DNA from: Chloroflexota bacterium
GTDB taxonomy: Bacteria; Chloroflexota; Dehalococcoidia; Dehalococcoidales; RBG-16-60-22
NCBI GenBank assembly: GCA_016190695.1
Contig: JACPQC010000020.1
Location: 19,907 to 83,906, forward strand
Length of the DNA stretch: 64,000 bases
Direction of reading: 5' to 3'
Within the stretch, counting starts at the first letter, position 1, and each line of letters begins with the position of its first letter. The position numbers were made by a program, and so were the translations under genes. This document shows positions 44,783-54,399 of this stretch, in pieces. Below the pieces are notes generated by a model. It searched no databases. It was not told where the DNA came from and saw only the letters and a program-made list of their open reading frames with translations.

Positions 44783-45943
44783 CTACTCCCGGACCGCAGG
44801 CAGGCGAAGAGCGAACTCGACTGCAAAGAGAACAAACGGGATAACATATGTTGCCACGAACTTCCCCCCTATGCCGAGGGTAAATGGCCAGGTGGGCAGG
44901 CTGCGCGCCATTCCATAAGATTCCCGGCAATAGACGGCGTGCTGCAGTAAACGGGTAAGCCTTTCATCCGCGGGGGATAGGACTGCAGATTGCTCCGCGA
45001 TGACAGTTGTTGCCTCTTGCAAGCGCCTGGCTGCCCCGGCCACCTTTTCGTCCCTGTTCTTGACCATAACTTTATGGATAGGCCAGAACGGTCCAATGAA
45101 CAGTGCCGGCGCCAGTAGCCCGTAGACGACGGCGCCGAAGACCAAAATCGGATTTGTCCACTGCGCCCAGAATACGGCGTAGCTGAAAATCCATATGCCC
45201 GTTGCCACGACCATGTAGTGAACGGAAAGCCATAGGTTGGAGAGGCGTTTCAGTCCCCCGCAGCCATCAGGATGGTAATCCTGGATATGGATTTCCAGGC
45301 CTTGCTGATGGCAGAGCCTGCCGATGGCCGAAATCAAGACCAGCGCCCTGTAGGCAAAATACTGCAGAGAGAATACAGACGCCTCGAGCCACGCGACAAG
45401 CCAGACCTTAATGCCTAGCGGGAACTTGTCAATCCAGACGGTCTGGCCGATCTGTCCAATGGAGGGCAACCAGAAGAATGCGTGGACGACCACTATGGCA
45501 AGAAACAAGGCCTGCGGCCAGACGCTATTCAGGCGCCGGTTTAGCCCGGCCTTGAAACTAGCGTAGCTTGTATCATCTTCCGGGCCGATGACCTTTTCAG
45601 CATACAACTGGTCGAAAATGGGATAGACCCTGGCATAGAGTGAAAACACTATCCCCGCAGACAGCGGCCAGAAGACGAAATCGTAAAAGGCAACGTAGTC
45701 CCGTGACAGGGGGATATCCACCCCACCCCAGATTGTACGACCCAGGGCTGCCCCCATCACCGCCACGATATCAGCGACGATGAACACGAGCAAGCCTACA
45801 GTCCAGGCGCTGGGCGGCTTTGCCCCGGCCTCGCCGCTCCGAAACGGATGTTCCACCAGCGCCGCCAGGTACGCCGCAAACCGGTACGGCCAATCCCGCT
45901 CATAGATGCGAAGGCCCCGTTCCGGGTCCGGTCTCGGTGGCAT
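44783..45943 (-). CDS. hypothetical polytopic membrane protein
   Basis: 386 aa, about 7 TM helices. HPDGCGGLKRL loop and a C-terminal helical region. No family recognised. Confidence 0.45.
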   Translation of the reverse strand: MPPRPDPERGLRIYERDWPYRFAAYLAALVEHPFRSGEAGAKPPSAWTVGLLVFIVADIVAVMGAALGRTIWGGVDIPLSRDYVAFYDFVFWPLSAGIVFSLYARVYPIFDQLYAEKVIGPEDDTSYASFKAGLNRRLNSVWPQALFLAIVVVHAFFWLPSIGQIGQTVWIDKFPLGIKVWLVAWLEASVFSLQYFAYRALVLISAIGRLCHQQGLEIHIQDYHPDGCGGLKRLSNLWLSVHYMVVATGIWIFSYAVFWAQWTNPILVFGAVVYGLLAPALFIGPFWPIHKVMVKNRDEKVAGAARRLQEATTVIAEQSAVLSPADERLTRLLQHAVYCRESYGMARSLPTWPFTLGIGGKFVATYVIPFVLFAVEFALRLPAVRE

Positions 45944-46316
45944 GTGTACCTCAACCAGGGGTTACTGTCTTCCCTCCACCACCGCATGCCTGGAGTGGGT
46001 GATATGCGCTTTGGCGGTTTTGGTGCGGCTTCGGCTAGCCGCGTGTCAAAGAAAGCATCGCCTGTCCTTTATGGTTGTTTGCCAGGACACATATTAGAAC
46101 AGTTTTAGCTAAATTTTGGATATGGTCATTATACATCTTTGGTCAAGCGGGGACAAGGCAGTCATACCCCTTTTGGAGAAGCTCATCATGGCGTATTATT
46201 GGGGCAAATGATGAACTTTTTTTTCGAAGAAGCTAATAAACTCGGCTGGTCGAGCAAGCCTCTTGCTTCTGTGTCCGCCAAGCGGTTGTCATTGCTGACC
46301 TAAGATACCAGAGAGG

Positions 46317-46685
46317 ATGCGGAAAATTTTCGTCAGCGAAGGGATCAAACAGTCGCTGGTGGCGACGGCTGCCGATGCCGTCGGAGAGGCCGGAAAGCTC
46401 ATCCTGGACCTGCCCCGGCTCTGGGCTGATGCCAGCCCTGAAGAGAAAAGAAAGCTCCTTCTGAGCATGCTGGATGCCATCTACGTGGATGCGAAGGTGA
46501 CCAAATCAATGGTGGCCGTTAGACCGGAGCCGCCTTTCAAGCCCCAGGTGGCGGCGACCTGCGCCGGGTCAAAAATCCGTATCATCGACGAGCCTCTCAA
46601 CGGCTCGCCCGTGTTTATGGTGGAGACGGGGGAGAGTCGAACTCCCCGTCCAGAAGAAACTGCCCAGAGTATGCTACAGGCTTAG
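46317..46685 (+). pseudogene. C-terminal remnant of a large serine recombinase (ssrA-island integrase type)
   Basis: 122-aa ORF, LPRLWADASPEEKRKLLLSMLDAIYVDAKVTKSMVAVRPEPPFKP...PVFMVETGE. From memory this matches only the last ~120 aa of Dehalococcoides-type ssrA-specific integrases. No catalytic N-domain upstream (stop at 46296). The 3' end overlaps the tmRNA 3' end. Confidence 0.55.
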
Positions 46686-46968
46686 CCAGCTCTTTTATCT
46701 CGCCCGGACGGCCTCTGCTGACCGAGTCCGACAAGGCCAGTCGATTTTTCTTTCACCGTCCAATATCGACGTCAGGACGGCGGCACCCCGGCTTTTCGTC
46801 ACCCATTCCCAACCCGCCAAGGTGGGGTCAGGATGGATGTGCAACCTTTGTTAGGCTGCGACTAAAACTGGTTCGTCAGTTATTTTTTTGCCACCTGTTT
46901 CATGAGGTTGATGGCACCTCAGCCTGCAACTCTGCAGCTCGCCTCCCCTGTCGAAACCACGCGTCCCC
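46618..46968 (-). ncRNA. ssrA: tmRNA (transfer-messenger RNA)
   Basis: The minus strand reads 5' GGGGACGCGUGGUUUCGACAGGGG ... GGACGGGGAGUUCGACUCUCCCCCGUCUCCACCA 3'. Acceptor stem with G3:U pair, T-arm with UUCGACU loop, encoded CCA. Internal tag ORF GGC AAA AAA AUA ACU GAC GAA CCA GUU UUA GUC GCA GCC UAA. smpB lies adjacent. Confidence 0.93.
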
Positions 46969-46996
46969 ATTTATATTCTGACAACCAGCCGGATGA

Positions 46997-47560
46997 TTAC
47001 GCCTTATGCTTCTTCAAGAGCCGCGATATCTCGCGCTCCGTCTCTCGTTTGGCTATGGACTCACGCTTGTCGTAAAGCTTCTTGCCTTTGGCCAGCGCCA
47101 CCTCCACCTTGGCCAGGCTATCCTTGAGGTACATCCGGGTCGGCACCAGGGTCAGGCCCTTCTCCTTTATCTGGCCGGCCAGCTCCTTTATCTGGTCGCG
47201 GTGAAGCAACAGCTTTCTCGGGCGGGTCGGCTCGTGGCTCATGTAGCTGCTGCTTTCATAGCGGGCGATATGAGCGTTCAACAGCCATAATTCCCCGCCT
47301 TCAGGCCTGACATAGGCATCACCGAGGTTCACCCTGCCGTCCCTTATCGATTTTATTTCCGAACCGGTAAGGACGATGCCCGCCTCAACGCTTTCGCCAA
47401 TATGATAGTTATGATAGGCCTTGCGGTTGGTGGCTACGGTCTTTATCACCTTAATAATTATACCACAGCACAAAAAGGGGATTTCCAGGAGACATACCCT
47501 GGGCAGCCGACCGGTGACATAATCGTAGAACATTAACAAAGAGGCTGCGGCCACTTTCAC
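46997..47560 (-). CDS. smpB: SsrA-binding protein
   Basis: VATNRKAYHNYHIGESVEAGIVLTGSEIKSIR. The true start is probably internal (in-frame GTG at 47449 gives 150 aa; ATG at 47533 is another option). Confidence 0.9.
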   Translation of the reverse strand: MKVAAASLLMFYDYVTGRLPRVCLLEIPFLCCGIIIKVIKTVATNRKAYHNYHIGESVEAGIVLTGSEIKSIRDGRVNLGDAYVRPEGGELWLLNAHIARYESSSYMSHEPTRPRKLLLHRDQIKELAGQIKEKGLTLVPTRMYLKDSLAKVEVALAKGKKLYDKRESIAKRETEREISRLLKKHKA

Positions 47561-47627
47561 AAGAACTCAAGTTATGTTAAAATAACCCAAAATAAGGCTC
47601 GGCCAGGAGGCCAAGGCGGAGGTCGCG

Positions 47628-48539
47628 GTGAAGGATCAAGTTGGCAGTTTCCTCAACTTTCTGGCCGCTGAAAAGGGGCTTGCTGAGAACACCCGGCTTG
47701 CCTATCGCAATGACCTGCACAGGCTGGCTGATTTTGCCGAACAGCAGGCGGTGAAGCAGGGCTTTGAGCCGGGCTGGGATACTTTCACCCGGCAGGGGAT
47801 GCTGAGCTACCTGCTCGACCTGAAAGAGCGCAACTATGCGGCCACGACTATCGCCCGCAAAGTGGCCGCGGCCAGGTCATTCTTCGGCTTCCTGGTTGAC
47901 GAAGGCATCATCAAGAACGACCCTACCGAGAACATGGAATCGCCGGCGATAGGCAAGGTGTTGCCCAAGCCCATATCTATCTCCCAGGTGCGGAGGCTGA
48001 TCGAACAGCCAGCCAGGCTTGCAACTCCTGAGGCAAAGCGAGACCAGGCCATGCTGGAGCTGCTCTACGCCAGCGGAATGAGGATAAGCGAGCTTGTCTC
48101 CCTCAACACCGGCGACGTGGACACGGCAAACGGGTTTGTGCGGTGCATGGGCAAAGGACGAAAGGAGAGGATAATACCCATATATCCCCAGGCCGCCGAG
48201 CTGATACGAAAATATCTTGCCGAGACGAGGCCGCGGCTGGCGCACAGCCGGAGCGAACTGGCCCTGTTCCTCAATCCCCGCGGAGAGAGGCTGACCAGGC
48301 AGGGCTTCTGGCAAAAGCTCAAGGAATATGCCAGGGCCGCGGAACTGGAGGACTCCATTAGCCCTCACACCCTGAGGCACAGCTTCGCCACCCACATGCT
48401 CAGCGGCGGCGCAGACCTCAGAGCAGTGCAGGAACTGCTCGGCCACGCTAATATCTCGACCACACAGGTCTATACTCACCTGACCACCGAGCACGTCCGG
48501 CGAAGCTATGATAAGTCTCACCCCAGGGCCAAGGAATAA
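47628..48539 (+). CDS. xerD: tyrosine recombinase XerC/XerD family
   Basis: 303 aa. C-terminal RHSFATHML...GADLRAVQELLGHANISTTQVYTH. GTG start 5 nt after GGAGG. Confidence 0.85.
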   Translation: MKDQVGSFLNFLAAEKGLAENTRLAYRNDLHRLADFAEQQAVKQGFEPGWDTFTRQGMLSYLLDLKERNYAATTIARKVAAARSFFGFLVDEGIIKNDPTENMESPAIGKVLPKPISISQVRRLIEQPARLATPEAKRDQAMLELLYASGMRISELVSLNTGDVDTANGFVRCMGKGRKERIIPIYPQAAELIRKYLAETRPRLAHSRSELALFLNPRGERLTRQGFWQKLKEYARAAELEDSISPHTLRHSFATHMLSGGADLRAVQELLGHANISTTQVYTHLTTEHVRRSYDKSHPRAKE

Positions 48540-48582
48540 TTTTTCATTCTGGCTTGCCAGCCAGCACCATAAAGGATGAAAA

Positions 48583-48704
48583 TGTCATTCTGAAGGAGCG
48601 TCGCGACTGAAGAATCTCGGGGGTGGGTGGAAGACGGATACCTCCCCTCCCCGAGACCCTTCGCTGCCCCTTCGCTTCGCTCAGGGCTGCGGCTCAGGGT
48701 GACA
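48583..48704. repeat. palindromic intergenic element, family B copy 1
   Basis: Core TGTCATTCTGAAGGAGCGTCGCGACTGAAGAATCTCGGGG with a degenerate inverted partner ending CTGCGGCTCAGGGTGACA. Confidence 0.6.
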
Positions 48705-48786
48705 ATATGAAATCTATTTTCGTGAGGAATAACTGACTTTAACCTGACTGCGGAACACCGGTTCCGGCCAGTCTACGGAGGAAGAA

Positions 48787-49059
48787 ATGCCCGCTCCACA
48801 CTCTAGAGGCAAACACCACGGCAAGAAGGGCCACGCCCGGAAGCCCCACCCGCAGTTACCGGCACAGCCCCAGGCCCCGTCCCTGCCCGCAGCGGCCCCC
48901 AGGCCCGCCGTAAGCGCACCCGCAGGCCCGCCGCCGGCCCGGATCCCGATCGTCAGCAAGGCGCGGTATCAATACGTTCCCAGAGACCTGAAAAGAATCG
49001 GCATTCTCGGCGGGGCGGTGCTGGTCATACTGATCATATTGTCACTGATACTTTCCTAA
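48787..49059 (+). CDS. small basic Pro-rich protein with C-terminal TM helix
   Basis: 90 aa. GGAGG SD 6 nt upstream. YQYVPRDLKRIGILGGAVLVILIILSLILS tail. No family recognised. Confidence 0.5.
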   Translation: MPAPHSRGKHHGKKGHARKPHPQLPAQPQAPSLPAAAPRPAVSAPAGPPPARIPIVSKARYQYVPRDLKRIGILGGAVLVILIILSLILS

Positions 49060-49089
49060 TGTGGTGCATCTAACACTTCGTTAGCCAAA

Positions 49090-49167
49090 TGTCATTCTTG
49101 AAGGAGCGAAGCGACTGAAGAATCCGTTCCGGCGCTACGGATTCTTCGCCTGCGGCTCAGAATGACA
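49090..49167. repeat. palindromic intergenic element, family B copy 2
   Basis: TGTCATTCTTGAAGGAGCGAAGCGACTGAAGAATCCGT ... ACGGATTCTTCGCCTGCGGCTCAGAATGACA. Perfect sub-stems GAAGAATCCGT/ACGGATTCTTC and, except for one extra T in the left arm, TGTCATTCT(T)GA/TCAGAATGACA. Confidence 0.65.
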
Positions 49168-49242
49168 GCTAACGTTATTTCCGAAGCACCACACTAACAC
49201 GGGTATCGATAGCGCCCGCGAATGGGAAACTACGGAGGGTGA

Positions 49243-49797
49243 ATGGACGTTCTGGAGGCTATCAAGGCCAGGAGAAGCATCCGCAAGTACAGGCCGGAGC
49301 CGCCGGATGAGGCTTTGCTGGAGAAAGTCCTTGAAGCGGCCCGCTGGGCGCCCTCCTGGGCCAATACCCAGTGCTGGAGGTTCATCGTGGTGCGCGAAGA
49401 CGCAACCAGGGCCAGGCTTGTCGAGACGCTCAACGCCACCAATCCCAGCCGGGGAGCAATCAGGAGCGCCCCGGTGGTTATCGTAGCCTGCGCCGAGCTG
49501 GGCAAATCAGGTTTCCACGACGGCCACGCCGATACTGACAAAGGCGACTGGTTCATGTTCGACGTGGCGCTGGCGATGCAGAACCTGGCACTGGCCGCTC
49601 ATTCCCTGGGACTGGCCACGGTCCACGTCGGCCAGTTTGACGCCGCTGAAGCAGCCCGGATACTGGAAGTCCCCGAGGGCTACTGCGTGGTGGAGATGAC
49701 GCCGCTGGGCTATCCTGACCAGGTGCGGGACCCCCGGCCAAGAAAGGAGATCTCCCAGATAGTATTCTACGAGAAGTTTGGAAATAACAGGACATGA
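49243..49797 (+). CDS. nitroreductase family protein
   Basis: 184 aa, AIKARRSIRKYRPEP...AARWAPSWANTQCWRF. Confidence 0.85.
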   Translation: MDVLEAIKARRSIRKYRPEPPDEALLEKVLEAARWAPSWANTQCWRFIVVREDATRARLVETLNATNPSRGAIRSAPVVIVACAELGKSGFHDGHADTDKGDWFMFDVALAMQNLALAAHSLGLATVHVGQFDAAEAARILEVPEGYCVVEMTPLGYPDQVRDPRPRKEISQIVFYEKFGNNRT

Positions 49798-50339
49798 GCT
49801 TTGGCAAGTGGGTGCTGGCCGCAGCCGTCCTGTTCGGCTTGGGCATGGCCCTGGGTGTGGCTATGCCCCCTGCCATCACCGGTCTACTCTCTGAGGATGT
49901 CGAGTCGCTGAGAAACCTCGCCCAGTTGCTGAAACCGTTCCAGTTTTCCACCTTCGTGTTCATCTTCCTGAAAAATGTCTCAGCGGTGCTCATCAGTTTC
50001 CTGTTCAGCCCCTTTCTCCTGGTCATGCCGGTGCTGGCACTCCTGTTCAACGGCTGGCTGCTCTCTTTCGTGGCCGTAACCGTAGCCAGGCAGGAATCAC
50101 TGGGGCTGGTATTGCTGGCCATCCTGCCTCACGGCGTCCTGGAGCTGCCGGCCCTGGTAATCGGCGAAGCGGCCGCGCTCAGCTTCGGCGCCGTGGCCAT
50201 AAAAGCGGCGCTATCAAGACAAAGCAGCCTCCTGGTGTCCGGTTTCAGGCGCAACCTGAGATACCTGGTCATATCGGCGGCGCTGCTGCTGCCGGCTGCC
50301 CTAATCGAGACCTATGTGACGCCGCTGCTGCTGCGCTGA
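49794..50339 (+). CDS. SpoIIM-like (DUF95) membrane protein
   Basis: 181 aa. FLKNVSAVLISF..., ILPHGVLELPALVIGEAAAL motif. 4-nt overlap with the upstream gene. Confidence 0.5.
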   Translation: MSFGKWVLAAAVLFGLGMALGVAMPPAITGLLSEDVESLRNLAQLLKPFQFSTFVFIFLKNVSAVLISFLFSPFLLVMPVLALLFNGWLLSFVAVTVARQESLGLVLLAILPHGVLELPALVIGEAAALSFGAVAIKAALSRQSSLLVSGFRRNLRYLVISAALLLPAALIETYVTPLLLR

Positions 50340-50411
50340 CGGGCAACTTGCCGTCCCCACCGGGCAATAAGTATAATGATGGTCAAAAAATATGGAGAGC
50401 GGGTGAAATAG

Positions 50412-52472
50412 ATGGAGCAATATGGACTGGAGCAGATCCGCAACGTTGTCCTGCTGGCACATGGCGGCGCCGGGAAGACGACAGTGGCCGAGGCCATCCT
50501 GTTCACCACCGGAGCCATCAGCCGGCTGGGCAAGGTCGATGAAGGGACATCGACCTCGGACTATGACCCCGACGAGGTCAAGCGCAAGATAAGCATAAGC
50601 CTGACGCCCTTGCCCTGCGAGTGGCAGAAGGTCAAGATCAACCTGCTGGATGCCCCCGGCTACTCGGATTTCATTGGCGAGGTCAGAGGCGGCATCAGGG
50701 TAAGCGATGGCGCCATCATCACCATCTGCGCCGCTTCCGGTGTGGAAGTGGGCACCGAGCAGGCGTGGCGATACCGGGAAGAGGCAGGACTCCCCGGCAT
50801 AATTTTTGTAAACAAGATGGACCGGGAGAACGCCGATTTCCTCAAGGCAGTGTCGCAGGTCCAGTCCAGGTTAAGCCCGAAATGCCTGCCGGTGCAGTTG
50901 CCCATCGGCGCTCACACCGGCTTTCGAGGCATAATCGACCTGGTCGATATGAAGGCTTATCTCGGACAGGAAGGCAAGGAAGCCGAGGTACCGGCTGAGT
51001 TTATGCCCCAGGCGTCCTCGCTCCGTGAAAAGCTGGTCGAAGCTGTAGCCGAAGTTGACGACAGCCTTCTGGAGAAATATCTCGCCGGGGAAGAGATCAG
51101 CCTGGACGAGATAAAGACCACACTCGGCAAGGCGACGGCCAGCGGCGCTATCATGCCCATTCTGGCCGGCTCCGGCCTGCAATGCCTGGGGATCAAACCA
51201 TTGATGGAAGCGATCAAGGAATACCTGCCCAGCCCAAAAGAGAGAGGAGTGCTGACTGAGGCCGGCACGCTCGAGCCCAGCCAGGAAGGCCCGCTGGGCG
51301 CCCTGGTATTCAAAACAACCGCCGACCCCTACGTGGGCAAGCTCTCCTACTTCCGGGTCTATACCGGCAGCATTGAGAGCAACTCCCAGGTATGGAATGC
51401 CAGCCGGAACGCATCGGAGCGCATCGGCCAGCTATACATGGTCCGGGGCAAGTCCCAGGAACCGGTGCCGCGGGTGGGCGCCGGCGATATCGGGGCGGTG
51501 GCCAAGCTGACGGTGACCACGACCGGCGACACCCTTTGCAGCCAGGACAAGCCCCTGAAACTGGTACCTGTACAATTCCCGGAGCCTGTCTTCGACATGG
51601 CGGTCTATCCCAGGACCAAGGCTGACCTGGACAAACTGGGGGCGGCGCTGACCAGGCTTGCCGAGGAAGACCCCACCCTCCACGTGCGCCGTGACGCCGG
51701 TACCGGTGAGACAGTCATATCCGGCATGGGCGATACCCAGATAGAGGTTGCCGCGGACAGGATGGCGCGCAAGTTCGGAGTGGGCGTACTGCTGCAGACC
51801 CCCAAAGTGCCCTACCGGGAGACGATCACCGTCCCGGCCAAGGCCGAATACAAGCACAAGAAACAGACCGGGGGACACGGCCAGTACGGGCATGTTCTCC
51901 TGGAACTTGAGCCACTGCCCCGCGCCAGCGGCAACCAGTTCGCCGAGCGGGTGGTGGGCGGCTCCGTGCCCAAGAACTATATACCGGCCGTAGAGAAGGG
52001 GGTTAACGAGGCCTTCCTCGAGGGGGGAGTGCTGGCCCATTACCCCGTCGCCGACGTGAAGGCGACCCTCTATGACGGCAGCTTCCACCCCGTTGATTCG
52101 TCCGAGATCTGTTTCAAGATAGCCGGGGCGGGGGCGCTAAAAAAGGGCCTGGCCGAGGGCCATCCCGTGCTGCTTGAGCCGATAATGAACCTGCGGGTGA
52201 CCGTTCCGGCAGACCTCACCGGAGATATCATCGGCGACCTCAACACCAAGCGCGCCCACGTTCTGGGGATAACGCCCGAAGGTGACAAGAACATCATCGA
52301 GGCGCGGGTCCCGCTGGCCGAGATACAGCGATACGCCATCGATCTCAAGTCAATGACGCAGGGACGGGGCGTTTTCCAGGCGAGCTTCAGCCACTACGAA
52401 GAGGTGCCGGCCCACGCCGCCCAGAAGATAATCGCCGAGAGGCAGGCCGAGAAGGCGGCGGAAAAGGCGTAG
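50412..52472 (+). CDS. elongation factor G paralog (EF-G2-like translational GTPase)
   Basis: 686 aa. G1 AHGGAGKTT (not the canonical AHIDAGKTT), DAPGYSDF, NKMD. Domains II-V present. Not in a str operon context. Confidence 0.85.
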   Translation: MEQYGLEQIRNVVLLAHGGAGKTTVAEAILFTTGAISRLGKVDEGTSTSDYDPDEVKRKISISLTPLPCEWQKVKINLLDAPGYSDFIGEVRGGIRVSDGAIITICAASGVEVGTEQAWRYREEAGLPGIIFVNKMDRENADFLKAVSQVQSRLSPKCLPVQLPIGAHTGFRGIIDLVDMKAYLGQEGKEAEVPAEFMPQASSLREKLVEAVAEVDDSLLEKYLAGEEISLDEIKTTLGKATASGAIMPILAGSGLQCLGIKPLMEAIKEYLPSPKERGVLTEAGTLEPSQEGPLGALVFKTTADPYVGKLSYFRVYTGSIESNSQVWNASRNASERIGQLYMVRGKSQEPVPRVGAGDIGAVAKLTVTTTGDTLCSQDKPLKLVPVQFPEPVFDMAVYPRTKADLDKLGAALTRLAEEDPTLHVRRDAGTGETVISGMGDTQIEVAADRMARKFGVGVLLQTPKVPYRETITVPAKAEYKHKKQTGGHGQYGHVLLELEPLPRASGNQFAERVVGGSVPKNYIPAVEKGVNEAFLEGGVLAHYPVADVKATLYDGSFHPVDSSEICFKIAGAGALKKGLAEGHPVLLEPIMNLRVTVPADLTGDIIGDLNTKRAHVLGITPEGDKNIIEARVPLAEIQRYAIDLKSMTQGRGVFQASFSHYEEVPAHAAQKIIAERQAEKAAEKA

Positions 52473-52511
52473 CAACGAGGCCGGTCAAGGCTGCAATGGC
52501 AGTCCGGCGGG

Positions 52512-53449
52512 TCAGGTAGCCCTTATCTCCTGCCTCATGAACAGGACATAGCTGGCGGCGAAGCAGATGACGCTCAGGCTGATCAGCCCGGTGGCATGGG
52601 GCCAGATGAGGACCAGGCTCTGGCCCAGGCTCAGCGGGTTGGGCAACATGAAGGCCGCCTGCCCGCTAGTTATGATACCCAGGCTCCGTACCAGGGGCAG
52701 CAGCAGCACCGTGGTGGCCTCCTCAAAAAGGACGGCGGGCGAGAACCGCAGCAGCGCCTGGGTTATCTCGGCATTTCTAATAAACGCCTCCTGGGTGCCG
52801 GCGGCGGTCGGCGCCAGGACGTTGGCAACGGCAGGGGCGATCAACAGCATGAAGAAGCTGAAGAACAGCCACAGGGCTATGGAGACCAGCAGGGAGGTGG
52901 CAACCCGCTGCAGCAAGACTGAAAACAGGATGGCCAGGCCCATCCAGAAGGCCCCGTAGGCCACCGTAATCACCACGTAAATGAACAGTCTTATTATTTC
53001 CTCGGCGGTGGGCGGGACGCCGATCATGCGCAGCCCGTAGCCTCCCACCAGCATCACCATGGTAGTCACCATGATAGCGAGGGTGATGATCCCGGCCAGG
53101 AACTTGCCGTTGATGACGCCGTCCCGGTAGATGGGCTGGGTTACTATGCGGCTGAGCGTCCCACCGGAGCGCTCGCTGTTAATGGCGTCAAAGCCCAGGG
53201 CGATGCCGATGATGGGAACGAAAAGGCCGATGAAGAAGACCAGCGGCGGCAGCATCTCCGAAGATGAGGTGAACAACCTGAGGAAGACAAAGCCGCCGGT
53301 ACCAACCCCCCCGGCCTGCTCCACCGCCGCCCTTATCCCCTGCTGGGCGGCGTATAGCCCGGCAGCGCTGCCAAGCAGCACCAGCAGGAACAGCACCAGC
53401 ACCCTGATGCTGCTGAAATAATCGGTAAGCTCCTTGCGGACTATGGCCC

Positions 53450-53453
<4 letters not shown>
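52512..53453 (-). CDS. ABC-2 type transporter permease
   Basis: 313 aa, 6-7 TM helices. 4-nt overlap with the upstream ATPase gene. Confidence 0.7.
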
Positions 53454-54397
<944 letters not shown>

Positions 54398-54399
54398 TC

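Noticed and set aside
46122-46300. Short ORFs upstream of the recombinase remnant (for example MVIIHLWSSGDKAVIPLLEKLIMAYYWGK), examined as possible further recombinase fragments
   Set aside because: I could not recognise any serine-recombinase catalytic or zinc-ribbon motifs in any frame. Treated as non-coding decay products pending a translated search.
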